A stretch of 64,000 nt of DNA from an uncultured Planctomycetaceae bacterium (GCA_964531695.1 CAZHEH010000013.1:6000-69999), one strand, 5' to 3'; counted from the first letter of the stretch, positions 17,292 to 27,500 are shown. Translations and numbers: made by a program. The notes: a model not told the origin generated them from the sequence alone.

Positions 17292-17774
17292 GGCGGGGGC
17301 TCCGTCAACGGCGTATCGGGGGGTGTCCTGCTGCATCTTCATTATCCCCTATCGGTTGCGCCCGTGCAACGACAAAGCGCGCGATGCCGCCTCCGAACGT
17401 ACGGCGCCGTATCGTGGCATGGGCAAAGCGGGGACAGGCACGTCTCCGCCCGGACGGGCCTCCGCTGCGCTGCGTCTGGGCGTCGCTTGAGCCCGTCCCC
17501 GTTTTGCCGCCCGCGGCGAGCGCAGTCGAACCCGCCTTGCCGGCGGGCAGGCCGAACAGCGACAGGCAGCCGGGTCGCCCATCGCCACTGACAGCCGCGC
17601 GTGGCAGAACGTCTTCCAGTAGTTCGTGTTGATCAGAACGTGCCGCACCTGCCGCTTGCCCTGAACGTTCGGCACGCGTCAGCAGCAGCCGACGCGCTCG
17701 CCCGGCCGAATTCGGCTGGCGCCAGCGCAAAGGCAAGCCCCTGCAAGCTGCTTGCCTACAGGGGCTTACGTTGA

Positions 17775-17845
17775 CTGGGGATCAAGGATTCGAACCTTGA
17801 CTAACTGATCCAGAGTCAGTCGTGCTACCGTTACACTAATCCCCA
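17775..17845 (-). tRNA. tRNA-Gln (anticodon CTG)
   Basis: Manual fold of the reverse complement: acceptor TGGGGAT/ATCCCCA with U1-A72 and G73 as in bacterial tRNA-Gln; anticodon stem ACTGA/TCAGT with loop CTCTGGA; T-arm GGTTCGAATCC. Confidence 0.75.
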
Positions 17846-17967
17846 ATCGGCGGATCGTCGGCGCCGGCACGGCCGGCCCACGACTGACTCATGGGATCCA
17901 TCGTCCATACGGACGCCGACCTTGTCAAGCCCGGCAGGCATGGTGTGCCCGCTTCGCCGCCGGTAGA

Positions 17968-18456
17968 ATGCCGCAGATGGCCCCGGACGCAGCCAGTGCA
18001 TATCCGGAATGGATGGATCGCGCGATCGAGCAGGCACGCGAGGCGGAGCGAGCCGGCGACGTGCCGATCGGCGCGGTGATGGTACGCGACGGGCGGATCG
18101 TCGCGGCCGCCCACAATCGGCGGATCATCGACGCCGACCCCACCGCCCATGCCGAGATGCTGGCGATCCGCGCCGCGGCCGCGGCGCTGGGAGACTGGCG
18201 GCTGACCGGCTGCACGCTGGTGGTCACGCTGGAGCCCTGCCCGATGTGCGCGGGCGCGGCCGTGCTGGCGCGGCTGGACCGGCTGGTCTATGGCGCGCCC
18301 GACCCCAAAGCCGGCGCCGCGGACACGCTGTACCGCATCCCGACCGACGAACGGCTGAACCACCGCGTCGAGGTCGTCGGCGGCGTACGGGCGGAGGAGT
18401 GCGGGGCGCTTCTCCGGGATTTCTTCCGCCGGCAGCGGGCGCTGGGCAAGAAATAG
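17968..18456 (+). CDS. tadA: tRNA-specific adenosine(34) deaminase
   Basis: CDA-fold motifs HAEMLAIR and LEPCPMCAGA; about 160 aa. Confidence 0.9.
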   Translation: MPQMAPDAASAYPEWMDRAIEQAREAERAGDVPIGAVMVRDGRIVAAAHNRRIIDADPTAHAEMLAIRAAAAALGDWRLTGCTLVVTLEPCPMCAGAAVLARLDRLVYGAPDPKAGAADTLYRIPTDERLNHRVEVVGGVRAEECGALLRDFFRRQRALGKK

Positions 18457-18576
18457 GTTTGGCCTTGAGCAAGGCCCTTCGGGGGGGGCAGAATGCGAGC
18501 TTCGCCCTGCCCCGGCCGGCGCGGCCGCCCGGCCTGTTCTGCAGTGATTTCGCGGTCGGAGCCCCAAGGAAAGACC

Positions 18577-19887
18577 ATGACGAAGCGCAGCGACGAGTTG
18601 TTCGAGCAGTTGGCCGAAATCCCCGTAGTTGACGTACACAGCCACATCTCGCGGGACCGGATGCACTCGCCGGGCCTGGACCACTCCCTCTTCTACCACA
18701 TGCTGACGTACGCAATGCGCAGCGCCGGCGCGGACATGGACAAGCTGTGGGCCGGGCCCAAGGACCGGCATACCGCCCCCCGCGACGATTTCGTCCGCAT
18801 CTGGCCGATGGTCTCTCAGACCGGCTTCGGCCGCATCCTGAAGGCCATCCTGCGCGATCTATATGATTTCGACGGCCCGTTCACCGAGAAGGGCATCGAG
18901 GAGCTGGACAAAATCTACTCGGAGCGCAACGCCCGCCCGGACTGGCCCAAGCAAGTCCTGCAGAAAGCGAACGTCGTCCGGATCTGCTCCAGCGAGCATA
19001 ACGTCGAGCCCCTCAAGGAGGGCCAGTGGGACGGCAATATCCGCTTCACCATCGAGAAGACGCCCTCCGGCGGCACGCACGAGTACAAGTCGTGGACGGA
19101 CCGCTTCACCGGATTGGGCGAGCGCCTCGGCCGGGAGGTCAAGAGCCGCGCCGACCTGGAGGAGGCGGTCCGGCTCTACTACGACGCCATGTCCTGGCAG
19201 GACAAGGAGCCCGTCCTTGTGGCGTGGGTCTCCTCGGCCGCCGACTTCACGCCCATCGATGACGGCGAACTGGCACGCCTGCTGACAGGGCTCACCGAGG
19301 GCCGTGAGCCGGGCCAGCTCGAGGCCCGGCTGCTGGAAGGCGCGTTCCTCCGGGCCATCTGCAAGGTCATACGCCGGCATGCCCGCGTGTTCCAGCTCTG
19401 CTACGGCGTTCAGTTCCTCAGCGGCAGCCCGAAGAACCCCATCCAGCGGGCGGCCCCGAGCTTCGCGCAGACCTTCGGGTACCTGTTGGGCGAGTTCCCG
19501 GATCTGCACTTCAACCTGCTCAACGGGTTCGAGAACGACGATCCGATCTGGTGCGGCCTGTGCCAGGGCTACGGGAACATCTCGCTGACGAGCCATTGGT
19601 GGACGGCCTTCTTCCCCACGGCCATGCACGGGGGGTGGTCTCGCCGGTTCGACATGGTTCCGCTGAACCGCCTGTGCGCCTTCCTGAGCGACGGCTGGAG
19701 CGTGGACTACGTCTACGGGCGGCTCTGGATGACCCGCCGGGTGCTGGCCAACGTGCTGGCCGAGCGGATCGAGCGCGGGCTCATGAACGGCGAGGAGGCC
19801 TTGGCGGCCGCCCGCCGCGTGCTGTTCGAGACGCCGGGCGAGATCTTCCTGCCGGATGAGCGGATCGACCCGTCCGCCGCGTTCTGA
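18577..19887 (+). CDS. Amidohydrolase-superfamily TIM-barrel protein, uronate-isomerase-like
   Basis: N-terminal IPVVDVHSHIS (metal-binding HxH) as in the UxaC/URI family; about 435 aa; start moved to MTKRSDELF. Confidence 0.45.
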   Translation: MTKRSDELFEQLAEIPVVDVHSHISRDRMHSPGLDHSLFYHMLTYAMRSAGADMDKLWAGPKDRHTAPRDDFVRIWPMVSQTGFGRILKAILRDLYDFDGPFTEKGIEELDKIYSERNARPDWPKQVLQKANVVRICSSEHNVEPLKEGQWDGNIRFTIEKTPSGGTHEYKSWTDRFTGLGERLGREVKSRADLEEAVRLYYDAMSWQDKEPVLVAWVSSAADFTPIDDGELARLLTGLTEGREPGQLEARLLEGAFLRAICKVIRRHARVFQLCYGVQFLSGSPKNPIQRAAPSFAQTFGYLLGEFPDLHFNLLNGFENDDPIWCGLCQGYGNISLTSHWWTAFFPTAMHGGWSRRFDMVPLNRLCAFLSDGWSVDYVYGRLWMTRRVLANVLAERIERGLMNGEEALAAARRVLFETPGEIFLPDERIDPSAAF

Positions 19888-20073
19888 TCGGCCCCCGCGC
19901 GAGGTTGGCCTTGTCATGGCCGAAGGGCCCGCTATGATAGTATCAGACGCCCTCCGGGCCTCGGGGCGGTTGTCCGACGCGGCGCGTTCGGCGGCCGGAC
20001 GCCCTGGCGGCGAAACGCGCTTCCCCGCCGCAAGGGACGGTGGCGGCCCGGCGGGGCGGCGGAAGCGCCCGCA

Positions 20074-21363
20074 TTGGAGTGCACAACAACCGTGTATCCC
20101 CTTCTCTGGGTCGTGACGGGTTTGACGGCCCTGTCGTGCTTCTTCGCGCTGAGCAGCTACTCGTTGCGCGCGTATCGGCGCGTGCACCTCGAGGAGTCGC
20201 TCAACGCCGCCAACGGCAAGCAGCGCCTCAAGGACTTCGAAGCCCATCTGCCGGAACTGCGGCTGACGGCCTCCTTCTGCCGCGCGACGGTCAACGTCGC
20301 CCTGGTCGCGGCGCTGCTGTACGCCTTCAAAGCGCCCGCCGCCGGCGTCGGGTCCCTGGCGGCCGCGGGCGGCGTCGCCCTGGCGCTGATCGGCGTGTTC
20401 GGAGTGGCGATCCCCCACGCCTGGGCCGCCCACCTCGGGCAGAAGATCCTCAACGCGACGATGGGCCTGCTGCTCGTGCTGCGCTACGCCCTGTTCCCCG
20501 CGGTCTGGCTGATGAGCGCGCTCGACGTGCCGATCCGCCGCCTGGCGGGCGTCCAGGAAGCCGACGAGGACGAGGCCGGCGAGACCGCCAAGCAGGAAAT
20601 CCTCCATGCCGCCACCGAGGGACAGGCCGAGGGTTCCGTCCATCGCGAGGAAGTCCGGATGATCGAGTCGGTCATGGAATTCGGCGAGACCCACGCCGAG
20701 GAGATCATGACGCCGCGGACGGACATCTTCGCCCTGCCGGTCGATACGCCGTGGCGGCAGGCCGCCGAGAGAATCGTCGAGGCCGGACACACCCGCGTGC
20801 CGCTCTACGAGGGCGACATCGACCATATCGTCGGGGTCCTCTACGCCAAGGACATGCTGGGCTACACCGTCCGCGAGAAGCACCCGCCCCTGCGCCGTCT
20901 CATGCGGAAATGCTACTTCGTGCCGGAGAGCAAGATGCTCGACGCCCTGTTGCGGGAGTTCAAGGCCCGCAAGGTGCATCAGGCGATCGTGCTGGACGAG
21001 TACGGGGGCACGGCCGGGCTGATCACCATGGAGGACATCCTCGAGGAGATCGTCGGGGACATCTCGGACGAGTACGACCGGGTCGCGCCGGCGCTGATGC
21101 GGAAAATCGACGACCGCACGGCCGAGATCGACGGACGGATGTACGTCGATGATCTGAACGACGCGTTGGGCCTGAGCATTCCCGAGGACGAGGACTACGA
21201 TACCGCCGCGGGGCTGGTGTTCTCCGAGTTGGGCTACGTCCCGACCGCCGACGAAAGCTGCGAGGCGCATGGGGCGCGGTTCACCGTGCTGGCGGCCGAC
21301 GAGCGGCGGATCACCCGGCTGAGGATCGAGGTCCTCGAGCCCCAGAGCACGTCCGAGGTGTAG
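20074..21363 (+). CDS. CNNM/CorC-HlyC family divalent cation transporter (DUF21 + CBS pair + CorC_HlyC)
   Basis: N-terminal 4-TM DUF21, CBS domains ([56 protein letters not shown]) and a C-terminal transporter-associated domain. Confidence 0.85.
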   Translation: MECTTTVYPLLWVVTGLTALSCFFALSSYSLRAYRRVHLEESLNAANGKQRLKDFEAHLPELRLTASFCRATVNVALVAALLYAFKAPAAGVGSLAAAGGVALALIGVFGVAIPHAWAAHLGQKILNATMGLLLVLRYALFPAVWLMSALDVPIRRLAGVQEADEDEAGETAKQEILHAATEGQAEGSVHREEVRMIESVMEFGETHAEEIMTPRTDIFALPVDTPWRQAAERIVEAGHTRVPLYEGDIDHIVGVLYAKDMLGYTVREKHPPLRRLMRKCYFVPESKMLDALLREFKARKVHQAIVLDEYGGTAGLITMEDILEEIVGDISDEYDRVAPALMRKIDDRTAEIDGRMYVDDLNDALGLSIPEDEDYDTAAGLVFSELGYVPTADESCEAHGARFTVLAADERRITRLRIEVLEPQSTSEV

Positions 21364-21389
21364 TTGCCGGCAACCCTGAGGAGTCACGG

Positions 21390-22529
21390 ATGAGCAACCT
21401 GCCGCCGCTCGAATTGAGCCCCCTGCCGGAAGTGGACCTGCGACACCTGTTCGTGCTGACGGACGACACGGGCATGCTTCAGCACGCCACGCACGCCACG
21501 CCGGACCTTCACCACGGCTACTGCACGGACGACAACGCCCGGGCCCTCATCGCCGCCGTGAAGGTCGCCGCCCTGCCGCCCGAAACCTGGGTCGGGAATC
21601 ACGGCTACGCCGAGGACGACCTGCTGATCGCCACGCAGCGCTATCTGGCCTTCCTGGCCTACGCCTACAACCCCGAGGCCGGGCGCTTCCGGAACTTCAT
21701 GCAGTACGACCGCACCTGGCTCGAGGAGGTCGGCTCCGAGGACAGCCACGCCCGCACCGTCTGGGCCCTCGGAAAGGTCGTGCGGCTCGCCCCCAACGAC
21801 GACACCCGCGACCTCGCCGAGCGGCTCATGCACCAGGCCATGCCGGCGGCCGAGGGCTTCGCCCACCTTCGACCGTGGGCCTACTCCCTGCTGGGCGTCG
21901 ACGAGTACCTCCGCGCGGGCGAGGGCCGCAACCTGGCCGAGCGCCTGCGGTACGCCCTCGGGCAGCAGCTCTTCGCCCGCTGGAACGAGCACGCCTCGCC
22001 GGACTGGCCCTGGTGGGAGGACTCGCTGACGTGGGGCAACGCCAAGCTGCCGCACGCGATGCTCACGGCCGCGCTGGCCGAGGAGCGCCCCAAGATGCGC
22101 GACGCCGCCCTCGACGCACTCCGATGGCTGCTCGACGTGCAAACGGGCGAGAGCGGCCAGCTCTCCATCGTCGGCAACCACGGCTGGTACCACCGCGGCG
22201 GCGAGAAGGCGAAGTTCGACCAGCAGCCGATCGAGGCCAAGAGCTTGATCCAGGCCTGTCTGACGGCCGCGGCCGGCACCGGCGACGCCTACTGGACCGA
22301 GCAGGCCGTGCGGTGCTTCGAGTGGTTCGGCGGGCGGAACGACGTCGGCGCGCCGCTGTACAACCCCGACACCGGCGGGGGCCAGGACGGGCTGACCGAG
22401 CACGGCCCGAACTCCAACCAGGGCGCCGAGTCCACCCTCGCCTACATCATGAGCGTCCTGGAGCTGCACCTCTACGACCGGGCCAGCAAGGGCGAACTCG
22501 ACCTCGCCCCCGCGCCCGTCGTCGGGTAG
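21390..22529 (+). CDS. Six-hairpin (alpha/alpha toroid) glycosidase-like protein
   Basis: HGYCTDDNARAL and repeated W/aromatic-rich helical hairpins resemble GH63/GH15-type toroid hydrolases; family not assigned. Confidence 0.4.
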   Translation: MSNLPPLELSPLPEVDLRHLFVLTDDTGMLQHATHATPDLHHGYCTDDNARALIAAVKVAALPPETWVGNHGYAEDDLLIATQRYLAFLAYAYNPEAGRFRNFMQYDRTWLEEVGSEDSHARTVWALGKVVRLAPNDDTRDLAERLMHQAMPAAEGFAHLRPWAYSLLGVDEYLRAGEGRNLAERLRYALGQQLFARWNEHASPDWPWWEDSLTWGNAKLPHAMLTAALAEERPKMRDAALDALRWLLDVQTGESGQLSIVGNHGWYHRGGEKAKFDQQPIEAKSLIQACLTAAAGTGDAYWTEQAVRCFEWFGGRNDVGAPLYNPDTGGGQDGLTEHGPNSNQGAESTLAYIMSVLELHLYDRASKGELDLAPAPVVG

Positions 22530-22628
22530 ACCGCCCTCCTCACCACGGAGACCCCGCAGCCGCACGCAATGCGGGCGACACCGGCACCCGGCGCCTTACA
22601 CGCCGGCGCCCGATCCAAGGGAGGGGAG

Positions 22629-22712
22629 GAAAAAGGGGACAGGCAACTTTTCCGTTCCTCCCGTCATGCCGTTTGGTGGGATGCGGTTACGGAAAAGCTG
22701 CCTGTCCCCTTT
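22629..22712. repeat. Palindromic repeat element, copy 1: AAAAGGGGACAGGCAACTT ... AAGCTGCCTGTCCCCTTTT flanking a variable 45-nt core that is itself hairpin-forming
   Basis: 15-bp inverted-repeat arms, near-identical to the copy at 43205-43286; lies between convergent genes; A-tract and T-tract flanks give a terminator-like shape in both orientations. Confidence 0.5.
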
Positions 22713-23847
22713 TAGTCAAGGCCTCATCGCGTTTCCCGAAGACGAAGCAATTGAGCCGATCGCTCCACTCGGGGCGAGCATCGCCCTTCTCGTCCAGATA
22801 CGCAAGCAGATCGTCCCGCGTCCGCCCTTGGAAGCAGTCGTGCTGCGCAGCTTCCTCACGGAATGCCCGCAAATGCGCGGCGACTTCCTTATTGCTTACA
22901 TTCTCCAGCATCCAAGTTACGAACATCGGGTCGGGACTCGGCCGGAACAATGTCATCGCGCTCCATAGTTCCCACTCGGAACACTCCCGGAGCACGAGAA
23001 CGGATGCGTCATAGTCTCGGTCGTTTTCAGCGACGGCCAGAGCTGCTTGGCAATCTCGCCGCTCGGCCAGCAGATCAACTACGTCCTTCCGGATAACTGG
23101 ATCTGGCAGCCGCATGCCCTGGATAACCATTAAGCTGATCTGGCCGGCGACTACGCCCTCGGGATCGGCCTGGGCAGCATCTATCGCATCCCTGGTGCCC
23201 CATTGCAGCAGACTCACTGTGGCATACTCGGTCACGAATTGGCGCATAACGCCTGTTGCGTCCAATCCCAACTCGCCTTCCCGGATGGCCCGAAGCATGT
23301 CTCGCGCCCAGGTACCGCGGGCGTGCCCGAGGGCCATTGCAAGACTTCGCGCATCGTCTTCTGACCTCTGCCCCAGGCGGACCAGAGCATCACGGCACGC
23401 GGGGCTGCCGCACAGGACGAGCGCAACCATCCGCTTATGGCGACGTACGGAATCGGGCAATCCGGCGACCAGCTCAGCGAATTCCTCACCACGGCCAAGC
23501 GATCGGAAGACCATGCCCGCGAGCAGAAGGTCCTCTCCCCGTTCGGCTCGCGACTCCAGCGCCGTCACCTCTTCACTGTCCAGAGCCACACGGCCATCCG
23601 AGAGATAGCGCCACGCATCCCGCGAGTCGATACTCTCAGAAGACAGACAGGAGTCTAGGTAGCGAAGCGGAAAACGCACGTTGCCGGGGTCAATGCCTGC
23701 ATCGCCTGGGGGTGTTCCGCCTTTGCTGTCTTCGTGATAATCCTTGCAGTTCAGCCTCGCCCCAACGGCCAATGCCAGAAGCAACGGGCATCCAATAAGC
23801 AACAAGGCAGTCACGCGCCGCATACGATGCATCGCCATCGCCGTCAC
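22687..23847 (-). CDS. Hypothetical secreted protein in a lower-GC segment
   Basis: Signal peptide MRRVTALLLIGCPLLLALAVGA; GC about 52-60% against a 68% background; codon usage richer in Lys/Asp/Glu; no recognised domain. Confidence 0.5.
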   Translation of the reverse strand: MTAMAMHRMRRVTALLLIGCPLLLALAVGARLNCKDYHEDSKGGTPPGDAGIDPGNVRFPLRYLDSCLSSESIDSRDAWRYLSDGRVALDSEEVTALESRAERGEDLLLAGMVFRSLGRGEEFAELVAGLPDSVRRHKRMVALVLCGSPACRDALVRLGQRSEDDARSLAMALGHARGTWARDMLRAIREGELGLDATGVMRQFVTEYATVSLLQWGTRDAIDAAQADPEGVVAGQISLMVIQGMRLPDPVIRKDVVDLLAERRDCQAALAVAENDRDYDASVLVLRECSEWELWSAMTLFRPSPDPMFVTWMLENVSNKEVAAHLRAFREEAAQHDCFQGRTRDDLLAYLDEKGDARPEWSDRLNCFVFGKRDEALTKRGQAAFP

Positions 23848-23891
23848 CTATGCCTTTTCTTAAGGGCGTTTCCGCTCACTCAGTCAGTAGG

Positions 23892-23913
23892 GCGTGCAAG
23901 CTGGCTTGCACGC
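23892..23913. promoter_or_regulatory. Perfect 22-bp palindrome GCGTGCAAGC-TG-GCTTGCACGC about 45 bp upstream of the start of the 22687-23847 gene; candidate operator or 5' hairpin
   Basis: Seen directly in the sequence; 10-bp arms. Confidence 0.3.
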
Positions 23914-24538
23914 GCAACGTACACGTCCCACGCTTCCCGAATGAATCATTCCAGAAGCATTCCGCGCGGCCCGGCGGGTCGATCCGTCCGGGCATCCCGG
24001 AGCCGCGATACTGGGGTTGGGGCTATCCGGGGACACATAACCTGTTTCTCCTTCTTCGGCTTCCGCTTGCGCTTCTTGGGCACAAGGTTCCGGCCCAGCG
24101 GCCGCCCCACGTGCTGCAGGAATGAGAGCTCGCCAGGAGGCCTGCCCGTACTCGTGGAGACGAAGCGATGCTGCACGGCCCGCTTCGTCCTCAGCCCGCA
24201 GATACTCGCGCCAGGTACACACCCACCCGGCCGGGACGCTTGTCCGGCCGTAGCCGCCAGGCGAGGCGGATACCGCTTCAGCGGGTCGGCGTCCTGTCCC
24301 TTGCGGACCTCGAGGGGCTGTGCCGGGGGCGCGCAGGTCGGTCGGCCTTGGGCGAAGCCCCGAGATGACGCGTTCCCCATCACGGCCGGGGATTATCCCG
24401 CGCACGGCCGGAATCGGCAAGTGGCAACCGCGGCCGCGCGGGCACGGGCGTGAGGATACGCCCGGGGCACCCGGCTGCTCACGGCCACGGCGCGCGCCGC
24501 TGATGCAGTCGGCCGGCCCAGCCGCTATCCTGTGTTGT

Positions 24539-25288
24539 ATGCGGCAGCGCGACGCGGCCATCTGCATTCGGACGACGGACTACAGCGAGACCTCGCAGGT
24601 CGTGCACTTCCTGACGCGCACGGCCGGGGCGGTCCGGCTGATCGCCAAGGGCTCCAAGCGCGCCAAGAGCAAGACGGGCGGCGCCATCGACCTCCTGGCC
24701 GAGGGCGACCTGGTGTACACGGCCAAGTCGAGCGACGCGCTCGGAACGCTCATCGAGTTCAGCGAGTCCGTCTCGCACCGGCCGCTCCGGGCCAACGCGG
24801 TCCGCCTGAACACGGCCCTGTACATGATCGAGCTGGCGGGCGAGCTGATCCCCCTCGGCGACCCGCACCCGGAATCGTTCGACCTGCTCCACAACGCCCT
24901 GGCCCGCCTCGCCCAGCCGGACGCCCCCCTCCCGGCCGTGCTGGCGTACTACCAGTGGCGGCTGCTCCGCCAAGCGGGCCTGCTGGGCGACCTGTCGGCG
25001 TGCGTGGCCTGCGGACAGCCCGCGGCCGCGGCGAGCGGGCGGCGAGAGGCGTGGTTCTCATCGCGGCTCGGCGGGCTGCTCTGCCGGGATTGCGAACCCG
25101 CGGCCGGCGACAAGCACCGGCTGGACGGCGCCGCACTGGCCGGGCTGGCGGCGCTGGCGGCGGCCGAGTCCGGCCGGAAGGTCGCGCTGCCCGACGCGCA
25201 GGCGACCGCCGTCAACCGGCTGCTCGGCTACCACGTGCGGGAGCAGCTCGGCAAGCCGCTGCGCATGGCGCGGCACGTGATCGGCTAG
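24539..25288 (+). CDS. recO: DNA repair protein RecO
   Basis: N-terminal OB-fold region plus C-terminal zinc-binding CVACG...CRDC; about 250 aa; the ORF extension upstream of Met74 is not supported. Confidence 0.8.
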   Translation: MRQRDAAICIRTTDYSETSQVVHFLTRTAGAVRLIAKGSKRAKSKTGGAIDLLAEGDLVYTAKSSDALGTLIEFSESVSHRPLRANAVRLNTALYMIELAGELIPLGDPHPESFDLLHNALARLAQPDAPLPAVLAYYQWRLLRQAGLLGDLSACVACGQPAAAASGRREAWFSSRLGGLLCRDCEPAAGDKHRLDGAALAGLAALAAAESGRKVALPDAQATAVNRLLGYHVREQLGKPLRMARHVIG

Positions 25289-25360
25289 GGACGCGCACTT
25301 TGCCATTGCCTCCGGGCGGGCACGGCCTAGCATTGTTCCCGGGGGAGACGAGGTGACACG

Positions 25361-26095
25361 ATGGGACTGCTGGAAGTACAAGACCTGCGGCTGTCGCTCA
25401 ACGGCAGCGACATCCTCAACGGGCTGGACCTGGACCTCTGGCCGGGCTACGTGCACGCGATCGTCGGCCCGAACGGCGCCGGCAAGAGCACGCTGGCCTT
25501 CACGATCATGGGCCTGGAGGGCTACCGGCACTACGAGGGCGACATCCGCTTCGAGGGCCGATCGCTCAAGGACCTGAGCATCGACGAGCGGGCCCGGCTC
25601 GGCATGACGCTCGGCTGGCAGGAGCCCGCGCGGTTCGAAGGGCTGAGCATGCGGCGGTTCATCGGCGCCGCGGCGCGGGAAGCCGGCGAGGACGCCGTGG
25701 CAGCCGCCCTGACGAAGGTCGGCCTCGCCCCGCTGCGCTACATGGGCCGCGCCGTGGACCGGACGCTCAGCGGCGGCGAGCGGAAGAAGGTCGAGCTCGC
25801 GTCGATCCTGGCCATGGGCCCCAAGCTCGTGCTGCTGGACGAGCCGGACAGCGGCATCGACGTCGAGAGCTTGCAGCGCATCCGCGAGGCGATCGACCTG
25901 CTCCGCGAGCAGGGCTCGACCGTCGTGCTGATTACCCACAGCATGGAGGTGCTTTCGTGGGCCCAGCACGCCTTCCTCGTCTGCTGCGGCAAGATCGTCG
26001 ACAAGGGCGTCACCGACGAGATCACCCCCTACTTCCGCGACAAGTGCATCCCCTGCGGCCACAAGAACGCCCCGACCATGGCCGAGCTGCAATGA
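25361..26095 (+). CDS. sufC: Fe-S cluster assembly ATPase SufC
   Basis: Walker A GPNGAGKST, ABC signature LSGGERKKVE, Walker B LVLLDEPDSG; SufC-size (244 aa) with no membrane domain. Confidence 0.9.
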   Translation: MGLLEVQDLRLSLNGSDILNGLDLDLWPGYVHAIVGPNGAGKSTLAFTIMGLEGYRHYEGDIRFEGRSLKDLSIDERARLGMTLGWQEPARFEGLSMRRFIGAAAREAGEDAVAAALTKVGLAPLRYMGRAVDRTLSGGERKKVELASILAMGPKLVLLDEPDSGIDVESLQRIREAIDLLREQGSTVVLITHSMEVLSWAQHAFLVCCGKIVDKGVTDEITPYFRDKCIPCGHKNAPTMAELQ

Positions 26096-26113
26096 GAACC
26101 AAGAGGCCGAACC

Positions 26114-27040
26114 ATGCCGACCGACGCGCTTGAGCTTACCGAATTCGCGAACCTGCACTCCGCGATGGACGACCCGGAAACGGCCCATTTGGTCATCGGG
26201 CTCAACCGCGTCACGTCGAGCCGGGCCATCGACGGGCTGAACGTCGACGTCGAGGAGCACGACGAGGGCGTGCGGCTGGTCATCCGCGTGGCGGAGAACG
26301 CCGTCATCGCCAAGCCGGTACACATGTGCTTCGGCCTGCTCCAGGACGAGGGCGTGCAGAAGATCGACCTGGACTTCGAGGTCGGCCCGCGGGCGAAGAT
26401 CGACGTGGTCGCCCACTGCGTCTTCCCCAACGCCACGGACGTCCGGCACCTGATGGACGGGGACATCCGCATCCGCGCGGGCGCGAAGTACTCGTACTTC
26501 GAGCGGCACATCCACTCGGACGCCGGCGGGCTGCTCGTCGTGCCGAACGCGAAGGTCACGCTCGACGAGGACGCCCGCTTCAAGACCGAGTTCGAGCTCG
26601 TCCAGGGCCGCGTCGGCAAGCTGGAGGTCGACTACGAGGCCACCTGCGGGCCGGGGTCCGTCATGGACATGCTCGCGAAAGTCTCCGCGCGGGCGGATGA
26701 CAGCGTGAGCATCCGCGAGACGGGGCACCTCGACGGCGAGAACAGCCGCGGCGTGCTGACCAGCCGCGTGGCCGTGCGGGACGATTCGCGGGCGGATGTG
26801 TACAACAAGCTCACCGCCACGGCCGCGGGGGCGCGCGGGCACGTCGACTGCCAGGAGATCATCACCGGCAACGGGACGGCCAATGCCGTGCCGATCGTCG
26901 AAGTCAGCCACCCCAAGGCCCACGTGACGCACGAGGCGGCCCTCGGCTCGGTCGACTCCAAGCAGCTCCAGACGCTCATGGCCCGCGGCCTGACGGAAGA
27001 CGAGGCCAGCGACCTGATCATCTCCGGGCTGCTGAGTTAG
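26114..27040 (+). CDS. sufD: Fe-S cluster assembly protein SufD (SufBD family)
   Basis: 308-aa beta-helix SufBD family protein immediately downstream of sufC. Confidence 0.75.
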   Translation: MPTDALELTEFANLHSAMDDPETAHLVIGLNRVTSSRAIDGLNVDVEEHDEGVRLVIRVAENAVIAKPVHMCFGLLQDEGVQKIDLDFEVGPRAKIDVVAHCVFPNATDVRHLMDGDIRIRAGAKYSYFERHIHSDAGGLLVVPNAKVTLDEDARFKTEFELVQGRVGKLEVDYEATCGPGSVMDMLAKVSARADDSVSIRETGHLDGENSRGVLTSRVAVRDDSRADVYNKLTATAAGARGHVDCQEIITGNGTANAVPIVEVSHPKAHVTHEAALGSVDSKQLQTLMARGLTEDEASDLIISGLLS

Positions 27041-27165
27041 TCTCGAGCGCCGGCCGCCGAGGCGGCGGAGATTCGACGTTCGACGAAACGGCCTATGGCG
27101 CTGCGCGACGCGCTTGTTGAGAACGGATACTACGGCAGCACGATTGCTTGAACATGCCCGGCCAT

Positions 27166-27199
27166 GCCCGTGCTCACGCACGGGGCTTCCTGAAGCCCC
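27166..27199 (+). terminator. Two overlapping GC-rich hairpins (CCCGTGC-TCA-GCACGGG and GGGGCTTC-CT-GAAGCCCC) downstream of sufD
   Basis: Stems seen in the sequence; no T-run follows, so intrinsic-terminator function is uncertain. Confidence 0.25.
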
Positions 27200-27273
27200 C
27201 GTCGTGAGGCGAGGCACAGTGATATGTCGAACCTTGCTCCCGTCAGTAACTGACGCCTGACAGCTCCCCCCGG

Positions 27274-27500
27274 CTACCGTCCCTCATGCTCCCGCAAGGC
27301 CTCCGCGAAGCGGCGGTTCACGGGCTTGTCCAGCTCGCGCTGGAGATCATCCTCTTCACACCATTGGACGTGGGCGTAGGCGTACAGGACGTTCCGCCCG
27401 TCCTCGTGATTGCCGCGGAGGTCGCAGGCGACGATGGTCGTAGCCGGCACGTCCGGGTAGCGCTCCATCGGCGGGAGGTAGAAGTAGTCGCACCGGTAGC
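27274..27500. repeat. Direct repeat unit 1 (about 225 bp, roughly 95% identical to 28210-28436) covering the 3' ends of the tandem DUF1559-like genes
   Basis: Visible near-identity of the two printed segments, including the 6 bp before the stop codon; indicates recent duplication or gene conversion. Confidence 0.7.

Noticed and set aside
17342-17775. Possible integrase or prophage junction at the 3' side of tRNA-Gln
   Set aside because: No integrase, recombinase or direct repeat of the tRNA 3' end found within the window; only junk ORFs in the spacer
24320-24538. Upstream 73-codon extension of recO, and ORFs 23734-24453 + and 23884-24567 -
   Set aside because: Extension is Arg/Pro-rich and absent from RecO proteins; the other two frames lack any motif; region treated as non-coding or decayed
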